From NCBI GenBank assembly GCA_032718475.1, contig JAUCBJ010000069.1:1-64000 (forward strand): DNA of 64,000 nt, read 5' to 3'. Position numbers and translations under genes: made by a program. Of the stretch, positions 10,347 through 18,877 are shown piece by piece; the stretch's first letter is position 1, and each line of letters opens with the position of its first letter. Below the pieces are notes generated by a model. That model was not told where the DNA came from and did not search any database. It worked only from the letters and a program-made list of their open reading frames with translations. The stretch comes from Nemertoderma westbladi. Its lineage: Eukaryota > Animalia > Xenacoelomorpha.

Positions 10347-11957
10347 ATGGATAATCACGGTAGCACGCTAAATAACATTGGTCCCCAAGACCGTATAGAG
10401 ATGGACCGATATCTCAGGTTCCTTTGTTACAAAACGATACAGATTATAGTGCAAAGTCGTTTCAGCGAGAAGCAACACACAGTTTCTAAACCACTGGCAT
10501 CCGGTAAGGACTGGTTCAACCTAGCGATAACCGATGTGTTGGAGGTTGTAACAGAAGCGAAACGGGTGCTGGCGGGGCAGCTTCCTACACCCGGTAAGAG
10601 TTTGTGTGTGGAACTCTCTTTACGAGTGCACGATGAAGGGACTATTAATCTGGAAGTTTGGTGTATAAGCATCAAGGATAATAAACAATCAGCAAACATT
10701 CAATTACTCTGCACTCTGTACAACCGAATTACAATTCTATTAAAATCGCTTATCTGTTTGAGTCGAATAATGCCGGGTTATCGAATAGCTCACAGCTTGG
10801 ATTCCGATCATAAAGTACTTTACAGGGTTTATTTCGGTAATCCCAGACTTTACACCCTCGGGGATCAGCATAAAAGTCTGAAAGTCGGCCATGTATTAAC
10901 ACCTACCGGTACAGTCAGTTTGTCAACTTACTACCGGACAAAACTCCAGTATCTAGAGAAACTTCCGCAGACTCTAACTGCGAGGGGTCGTGAGGGTTTG
11001 GTGGGAGAGTCTTCGGTGGAGCTGATGGGGGAGGGGGCTGATCGGGGAGGGATTGTGGGGGAGGGAGAAGGGATTATAGACGATCGGAAAGAGATGGCTA
11101 ATGGGGATCGACTTGTCTCCCCAATAAATAACGGATCAAATGCTGTCCGGTCACAGAACGGATGTGCTTCTCCTGACAGAGTTACAAAATCCGATGAACA
11201 AGAAGTACCGGTGAACAAATCAGCGGATTCCGCAGTGATAGAGACGCTATCCTGGCAGGGTCTGGTTCTCCAGACAGAACAGGGTCTGGGACTCCAGAGC
11301 AGTCAAGGTGTGAGAGACCAGACCATCCAGGGTCTCAGTTCCCACACAGGCCATCGGGCGGCCTTCGTCAGCTGTAAAGACAAACCGAATCCCACATATG
11401 ATAATCTTCCCGATGACCCTCCATTCGCATCTCTCCTACTCCTATCCACTAACAACTCGTCTCCCTCGGGCAGTAACCTTTCCCAAGCTAAATCCATGGC
11501 TTCTACTCTCGAGACGGGAGATTTACATGACAATGGGACCCCGGTCTCTGGTAGATCGTCGAGGGAGCAGACAGACCCAGTGTCTGGTAGAGCGCCCAGG
11601 GAGCAGACAGACCTAGAGTCTTGTAGGTCCCCCATGGAGCAGACAGACCCAGTGTCTGTTAGGTCCCCCTTGGAGCAGACAGACCATGTGTTCTATAAAC
11701 TACACAGTAACACTGACCCCTTACACAGTAGGACCTCCGCCTCTGTAGACAACGGAGTGTCCATGGACGTGAGCCCTGCCTTCGCATCTTCTCCTTCATC
11801 CAATGCTGACTTGGACTTCTATCAGAGTTGGCAAAGGGCACCGCAACTGAAAACGATAAATCAGTCGAACGTTGCGAGTCCGATAAACGAACAACTCGAG
11901 TCTCTGAAGAATCAGATGAGTGGATTTGATATCGATAATCTATTGGCGGGTCTGTAG
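10347..11957 (+). CDS. ATG13: Autophagy-related protein 13 (N-terminal HORMA domain plus disordered C-terminal region), single-exon ORF, 536 aa
   Basis: QDRIEMDRYLRFLCYKTIQIIVQSR...GKDWFNLAITD...EAKRVLAGQLP...LCVELSL...LEVWCI and LYNRITILLKSLICLSRIMPGYR match the metazoan ATG13 HORMA domain. C-terminal PAF...DLDFYQSWQRAPQL...EQL...GFD matches the ATG13 ULK1-binding tail. First ATG is at 10347 (the track starts at an upstream TTG). AATAAA near 12097. Confidence 0.93.
   Translation: MDNHGSTLNNIGPQDRIEMDRYLRFLCYKTIQIIVQSRFSEKQHTVSKPLASGKDWFNLAITDVLEVVTEAKRVLAGQLPTPGKSLCVELSLRVHDEGTINLEVWCISIKDNKQSANIQLLCTLYNRITILLKSLICLSRIMPGYRIAHSLDSDHKVLYRVYFGNPRLYTLGDQHKSLKVGHVLTPTGTVSLSTYYRTKLQYLEKLPQTLTARGREGLVGESSVELMGEGADRGGIVGEGEGIIDDRKEMANGDRLVSPINNGSNAVRSQNGCASPDRVTKSDEQEVPVNKSADSAVIETLSWQGLVLQTEQGLGLQSSQGVRDQTIQGLSSHTGHRAAFVSCKDKPNPTYDNLPDDPPFASLLLLSTNNSSPSGSNLSQAKSMASTLETGDLHDNGTPVSGRSSREQTDPVSGRAPREQTDLESCRSPMEQTDPVSVRSPLEQTDHVFYKLHSNTDPLHSRTSASVDNGVSMDVSPAFASSPSSNADLDFYQSWQRAPQLKTINQSNVASPINEQLESLKNQMSGFDIDNLLAGL
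11535..11690 (+). repeat. 39-bp coding tandem repeat in ATG13 (13 aa, EQTDPVSGRSP-like, about 4 copies)
   Basis: GGAGCAGACAGACC recurs every 39 nt; protein SREQTDPVSGRAPREQTDLESCRSPMEQTDPVSVRSPLEQTD. Confidence 0.85.
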
Positions 11958-12904
11958 TAGCAGTGGGTACGGTGGCCGTATGAATGTTTGGGGCGGCAGG
12001 CAGGTAGTTGTATGTCTTCCTTGTTTTAATATATTTATAATTGGAAATGTAATTTTAAAATGATATTTAAGATTGTAATCTGCAGATTGTTTGTTAAATA
12101 AATCAATTGGATATCTTATTATAATACAGTACCGGTACCGGTATGTGGTATTGTGTGTGAGTCCCTTTGATATACTCACCTTAGTCACCTTCATTGATTG
12201 GGGACGACCTCAAAGAAACCTGTGTGTCAAGGAAACAAGTTGTCAATGTTATTGGAATTAGTAACGTTGGACTCTTAACTATTGATATTGTTGGCTGATT
12301 GAGGGAGACTTAATTTTAGGGGAGACTTTATTTTTTTTGAATAACTCAATAACTATTGTAAATTATTTGACAATTCCACACAAAAATGTGCAAAATACTT
12401 GTAGGCAACTCCTACGTAACAATGTTTTATTGCCTTTTGGATATTTTTTGTTTTATTGCCAATACACGTTTTCTGGGTTCAAGAGTAAAGTTTTACCCTT
12501 TACAATAACTGAAAATTTGTTAGATTTTATTGCGGTTTTAATGAACTGAATGATTTTTATTTCGCCCTTGTTAGGAGAACCATTTAAACCACCACCTAAA
12601 TTTGTATAAAATTTAGGATAATAATTTGACAAATTAATAATCGTATTTTTTTGAATTTTTTCTGCTCTACTATCAAATAGACATATTGAACAAGTTATTA
12701 TTATTTCACCTCTAATACATTTTTATACGAATTTACCAATATGCGAATGGGGGGCCAAGTCTCCCCACATTGAGAGAGACTTGACACTTTCGAAAATACG
12801 AATTATTTATTTAATTAAAAAAGTTTTTTGAAATTCTCAAAATCTCACATAATGATAGCAATCATAAATGTAATTTGATAAAGTCAAAATGGCATTGAAA
12901 AATT

Positions 12905-13750
12905 AAGGTGGGGGGGGGGGGGGGGGGGGGGTGGAGTATACCCACCCACCATCAACCTTTTTGTTTAAAATGGCTGTCAATTACTGTTAGATGATAATAT
13001 TGCTATTTTGTCATGGTCAGCCTCTATATGGAAGGCCAAATAGCCTCTATAGGAACATTTATATCCTCCCCCTAGCGGGATGTGACGGAATTAAAGATTT
13101 CACTAAAATTGTTACTAGTCCCTCAATCGTTGTCCAAATTTCTTGAAACCAACTTTTTTGGACTCAGCGTCATCGACTTTACAAAAGTTATCTTATATAA
13201 TTTATAATTAGACATTTTTATTTTAATTAATTAATCATCATATTTTTAATTAAAATTAGCTATTTTTGTAAAAAAAATGGTAATATTTATCAAAATCCCA
13301 TAAGATAACTTTTAAAGAGCTTCCAAACCTCGTTCGAATGAGCCAAAAACGAAGAAAATTGGTTGAAAAATGGCGGAGGAGTAGTAATTTGAAAATTAAA
13401 TTCCGAGAAAATGCCCTTCAACGTTAAAAAACCTTTGACTGACTGTGTTCTGGCTGGTTAATTATTTCTGGTACGAAGGATGCGTACCAATTAGCTAAAA
13501 TGTTTCATTACGGGGGTTTTCGGGGTCGCTGATTTCATTTCTGATGTCAGTTGGTTGAATCTAGTCTGTCTGTCGGTTTTCTGTCTTTCTTACAATTTGA
13601 CGGACAGACCGAAAGAGGTCTCGCTAAGCGGTTTTAGGATTTGTAATCCTTATTAAATTCTACTCTAGATGAAATAAAGAAATAACAATTTGAAATTTTA
13701 CCCGCTAAGGGGTGGTATACCCTCCCCCACCCCCCCCCCCCCCCCCTCTC
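12905..13750. mobile_element. Probable non-autonomous DNA transposon remnant bounded by poly-G/poly-C inverted ends
   Basis: Left G-run plus GTGGAGTATACCCACCC and right GGGGTGGTATACCCTCCCC plus C-run are imperfect reverse complements. AT-rich non-coding interior with a GGGGTTTTCGGGGTCGCTGAT motif. Superfamily not assignable. Confidence 0.4.
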
Positions 13751-13779
13751 TAGATTCTAGGTTCTTTAGATTGCTGTTC

Positions 13780-14995
13780 ACGTGAGAGAAACTGCTGTTG
13801 AGAGACTGCTCCGTGGAAATCAGAATGGGTTCCGTAAAGGTCGTGGGACCATGGAGCCCATTTTGGCACTTAGAAGGATAATTGAAGAGTTATCAAAAAA
13901 GAAAGACAGGCATCTGGCTGTTATCTTTGTTGACTTCTTCAAGGCCTTTGATTCAGTCTCTCGCTCACGTATGTTCAGCATACTTTCATTATATGGGATT
14001 CCTGATGAAATTATTGCAGCAATCAGATCAGTATACGATGGTTCGACAACATTTGTGTCTACTGTTGACGGTGACACAGAACCATTTGAAGTGTTATGGG
14101 GCGTCCTCCAAGGAGACACACTTGCACCATTCTTGTTCATTATTGTGGTTGACTATGTTCTACGCATGTCCTTAGATCATTATAATGATGATGGGGTGAT
14201 GATAACTCCACCTACTGGCTCCAGAAGTCGAGGAAATCCTGCCAAGTACCTAACTGATCTAGACTTTGCTGATGACTTAGGAGTACTCTCAGAATCATTA
14301 GAGGGAGCCCAACGGCTCCTCAGCTCATTAGAACATGCTGCTTCTAGTGTTGGTCCTTTTATTAACTCCAGAAAGACCAAAATTCTGACAGTTAACTTTG
14401 AAAGTCCTCAGCAAGTCTCTGATCGGATGAGCATAATCTCAAAGGATGGTATGCTTGAGCATGTGGACGACTTCTGTTACCTGGGATCATGGATCCGGAA
14501 GTCAGATGAGGACCTTCGAATACGTAAGGGAAAGGCATGGGCAGCCTTGAATAGGCTTTCCAGGATTTGGAAGTCACCTAGAATTAATCGGAAACTTAAG
14601 GTCCGATTATTTAGAGCAGCAGTAGTTCCAGTTCTCCTCTACGGGAGTCCATGCTGGGCTCTAACTGCTGAGGACACCAAATCTCTGGATGGCACATTCA
14701 CAAGAATGCTACGCCGGGTTCATTGTGTCAAGTACAATGCACACATCTCCAACCAGACACTATATAACATTGGAGGTGTCTCATTGGTTCCCCCAAGCTT
14801 GACACTAGAACAAAATCGCCTCCGCTTTGCAGGACATTGCTTTCGCCGTGAGGACCAGCCAGTGCATAATCTTCTACTTTAGCAGCCTCATGGAGTGAAT
14901 AAGCATGGTGGACAGCCCATGACTTTCTTGAGACGGATCTTAAAGGACACTGGCCTTAAAGATGCGGATGATCTATCAAATGTCATGGGTGATAC
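13780..14995 (+). mobile_element. RTE-clade LINE, 5'-truncated reverse transcriptase fragment
   Basis: QNGFRKGRGT, FVDFFKAFDSVSR, GVLQGDTLAPFLFII, DLDFADD, FCYLGS, VLLYGSPCW, RLRFAGHC. Premature TAG at 14880-14882 (expected Trp), with the frame continuing to about 14995. Diverged from the 8935-9510 fragment. Confidence 0.9.
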
Positions 14996-14999
14996 AGTA

Positions 15000-15387
15000 G
15001 GGAGTTGTGGCGGTGCAATTTTGTTGACAAGCCTGCACAGCATTCTTAAAAATGCAGCTGCAATGCAGCATGCCGATCCTAGTAGTGTTCACGTTTCCCT
15101 CACTCACCCTACTTATCTTGAGGTGACCAGATTACGGGGTACAATATTTAACCGGAATCCTCACAAATGCCTTGAAAGCAGTTATCAGTCCACTGAAATG
15201 AAAAATGAAAAGAAATAGAAATGGAAGCATCTGAATATTATATTGGACGCCTTGCAAGACTTTGATACGTTCGCTGCAGTAGTGACCAGAAAGTCATGTC
15301 ACATAAGAACAGGAACACGGAGGTCCTTTGCAAGTCTTTTTTACTTTTAAGTTGTTTTCATTTAACGTGTATGGGCAGAGGTGCTGG
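15000..15387 (-). pseudogene. Decayed CR1/L2-like LINE RT C-terminal fragment, cut by the LTR insertion
   Basis: Minus-strand translation across frameshifts gives YTLNENNLKVKKTCKDLRV...SNIIFRCF...LITAFKAFVRIPVKYCTP(V)IWSPQDK, resembling the CR1/L2 pattern Y.L....L......KDLGV...R.F...AYKA.VRP.LEYCSPVWSP. Confidence 0.6.
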
Positions 15388-16645
15388 TGTAAAAGCTTCT
15401 GTGGGATATAACTGGCCCCTTTGCTTCGCAATCCAGTCTCCCCCCAGGCGCTGGAATACTCTAAAAGGTTCTCTAACTGTATATATATTCCCCTCGCCCG
15501 CAAGGTACCGTTACAGGTGTTTTAACGGACATAAAAGTCATTCGTCTATATACCTGCTTTGGCGGACATGGTAAGGCAAAAAACCCGCAATGCACCAAAT
15601 ACCTTTACACGGCTTGGCCTTGATGATTCAGATTGCGACATCTAGCAGCTGGTTGCTGGCATGGAAACAGCCATTGGACGCACGGTTCTTTGTTTGGTTT
15701 GAGCCAATCAGAGCGATTTTTTCTGTCGACGTGTAGATATTCGGCCGATGATACTAGGAGTGTTCAGTCTTACTGTTTTTTCTTGATACTTTGTGTTGTT
15801 GCTATCTAGGCCAGGAACACCGGCTCTAGAGTCAATTAGTTTTCATACTTTAGAAGAAACATTAGTAGGCTTAAATTATAGAGTGTATAACTGTTATCAC
15901 ATCATATATCAATTCATATCAACTTGTTTCTATTCTTGCATTATCGGTTCAACATACATTATTATACTGCTATTTACTGTTGTGTTTTGGTTGAATATTA
16001 TTTGGGGAACATATATAAAGAACCCAAATTTCCCAATTTTCTTGATACACTACAGGTTAGAGAGACGGGTTATATATAGCGATTGCGACTTATATTGTTG
16101 TGGTTTGTAGTGAATTTAATGCTATTTGGTAAGCCCTACATGAGTCAATTGCTGTTCGCTTTATATATGATAAAATTCATTGACGGTCGGCAAATGAGTG
16201 AGCAGTATTGTGTGTTACCGGTAGTGTGCCTGATGGTGATTGATAACTAAGCATTTCCTAAAGAATGCGCCTCATACGTGAATCATAAGCCTTACCGACT
16301 TACCGTTGTGATTAGTATAAGTCATATCTCTGTTTACCTAGATAGAGCGCCACGTCCTAAAGGAACTGTTAATATTTCCCGAAAGTGAATAATATTAGTC
16401 AGAAATTATTTATTAACGATCAATCGAATAATACAGTAAGCTTGCACTGCAATAATAATCTAAGCCCTCAGAATCCAGTCTCCCGGGTATATCCAGCGGG
16501 TGAATGGACGCGCACTAGGCTGGCTTCTGCTAATGTTGTGTTTATTGGTATTAAATATTTGTCATCTTCTAAAGTCTATTTATAAACCAAAAGATATATA
16601 AATTTTGGCAGGTTAAACTGCTAAAGGTCTTCAAAAGCGCGTACA
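15388..16645 (+). repeat. 5' LTR (1258 bp)
   Basis: Starts TGTAAAAGCTTC and ends AAAAGCGCGTACA; aligns along its length with 30201-31440. CCAAT boxes near 15674 and 15704; ATTAAA near 16550. Confidence 0.93.
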
Positions 16646-16711
16646 ATAACAGTTATTGACTTTATTGCAGTAAGCAATAAAGTTGAAAGTACCGGTCGAC
16701 CGGTAAACCTG

Positions 16712-16840
16712 AACCTGTACTTCTGTAGGTCAGTAGGCCCAACTGCCAGAACCGGTACTGCCGTAGGTCCGTAGGTCCAACTGCCAGAACCGGTACTTCT
16801 GTAGGTCCGTAGGCCCAACTGTCCTAACCGGTACTTCCAG
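16712..16840 (+). repeat. About 38-bp tandem repeat in the leader (3 copies)
   Basis: CTGTAGGTCCGTAGGCCCAACTGCCAGAACCGGTACTT-like units. Confidence 0.75.
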
Positions 16841-16999
16841 TATAAGTACATTAGTATTATTCGATTTTGATTATTGTATACCGGTAGGTCTCGATATTAA
16901 ATCGGGGACGCCTGGTTTTTATTGGGATTTTACTTAGGTCTATTTCTGTCAGTTTTATTTCCTAGTAAGTTAATATTGAGCTGAAGACGTGTAAGTCTG

Positions 17000-17590
17000 C
17001 TCAGATTGTTCAGATAACTGTAGGCCGGACTGTTGTCGGATTGTTGTTGGGTTTGGAGAGATTACTGCGTGTGTAGAGTTTGTCCGATAGAGTGCCAGTT
17101 AGTAAGTTGGGGCAGCCATAGCTGTAAGGTCAATCCCCTCTTAAAGAATAAGTCGTACTACCGTGTTAGAACGCATACTAACTAACCATTTTGGAATCTG
17201 CACATCTGTAGTTTATTTAGGCTTGACAGTATTCTGCCAACGTTTTGGCCTGTGTTTGTTTGTGTAGTCTGTTCAGGTACCGTAATAGTTATTACTCAGA
17301 TATTTTGTAGGCTGGATTGTTGTCTAGCTATTATTAGGTCTGAAAAGATTGCTGCGTGTGTAGAGTTTGTCCGATAGAGTGCCAGTTAGTAAGTTGGGGC
17401 AGCCATAGCTGTAAGGTCAATCCCCTCTTAAAGAATAAGTCGTACTACCGTGTTAGAACGCATACTAACTAACCATTTTGGAATCTACACATACTGTAGT
17501 TTATTTAGGCTTGGTGGTAGTCTGCCAGCGTTTGGTTTGTATTTTGTTTGAGTATTCTGTACGGGTAGCGTAATATTTATTATTCAGAGT
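17000..17590 (+). repeat. 288-bp tandem duplication in the leader
   Basis: CTGCGTGTGTAGAGTTTGTCCGATAGAGTGCC...TTTTGGAATCT (about 135 bp) occurs identically at about 17065 and 17352; the flanking parts of the units are diverged. Confidence 0.9.
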
Positions 17591-18877
17591 TTATGCGATT
17601 ATTCGCAACATTCATGTCCCCAAGTTTATTCCTACAGTAATTGTGTTTGTTACACATACCGTTATAGTTAAATTAACCCCGGTACTACACGGGCTGCTTG
17701 GCGTAGGAAAAGACTGGTGACTTTGTGCTTCGGTCACTCCAGCAGATGCCGTGGTTCTTTTAACTGTTCAAGTATATTTAACTACTGATTATTTGTTGTA
17801 CCAGTACTTGTACCTAATTTAGGGTTTAGTGTACAGTGCTTTCCGAGGTAATTAGTGTGTAGGCAGTATATTTGTGTTGTAAAGTGGTTAATAGGCACGC
17901 TGGATCTGGTAGTCCGCGGTAATTAACTTCCAGGTAGGAACACTCCGTGATACATAACGTAGTACCTATAGCGATACGGCTATAGGTCGTCAGGCGGTGG
18001 TATTTTCCTATCTGGACAGTGCAATATATTTACTACTACTTATTATTTTCAAATACCGTAGTACCCTGTCCGTTGTAATAACCAGAATTCTAACCCTTTG
18101 TTAGGCTGGTTTGTAGACTTCCTGTAAAATTACCCTAAAAATTTCATACGTAATATTTTGTTGTGTTTAATTAGAGATTTAATCTCACCCGTATCGTAAG
18201 TAATTTGTAGTATTAAGTAACTTAGGTAAATTAGAATTATCTGTTTTAGTGTCCAATAAATAGCACTTCACTGAGAGCGCCCAGCTTCTGTGTAGTGACC
18301 CCCCAGAAATAATAACATTTATTTCGAATATTGAAAAAACCCTTTTAAACGGATATATATATATTATAAATCAACTCAAACGATTTATAAATAGTAGGCC
18401 TGCCATACAACAACTAGGTCTCAATATCAGTTGGACTACTGCTTAAATAACGGTAATAAAGTAAGTTAAAGTAACCAAGTAACCCTAAAATATTCAGAAA
18501 TTCAATTATTCTAAAATAATTGACATACCGGTATTTACCATAGGCTTATTATATTTATTTCTATAAATTTGAGCTGAAATCATACCGGTATTCTGTAATT
18601 AATTCTAGTTCATAATTATACTTATATATACTATAAGTGTAAGCTGTATACCGGTATTCACGATAGGCCTATTATATATTTATATATATTTGTGCTAAAA
18701 TTATATACCGGTACTCTGTGACAAACCTAGTTTACAATACTTATATATACTATAAGTGTATACCGGTATTCTAATATACTGTAATAAATTACCGGTACTA
18801 GGCCAACGGTCATACTGAATTACTAGACTTGTTTTAACTGTAACTATAGCAGTAAGCATTCAACTGTATAGCTAAAC

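Noticed and set aside
16385-16585. 66-aa ORF present in both LTRs
   Set aside because: GTG start, no recognisable motif; its conservation simply reflects LTR identity.
17695-18305. Partial PBS-like strings (TGGCGTAG, TGGTGAC, TAGTGACCCC) in the leader
   Set aside because: Only 7-8 nt of match to tRNA 3' ends and none follows a CA LTR terminus.
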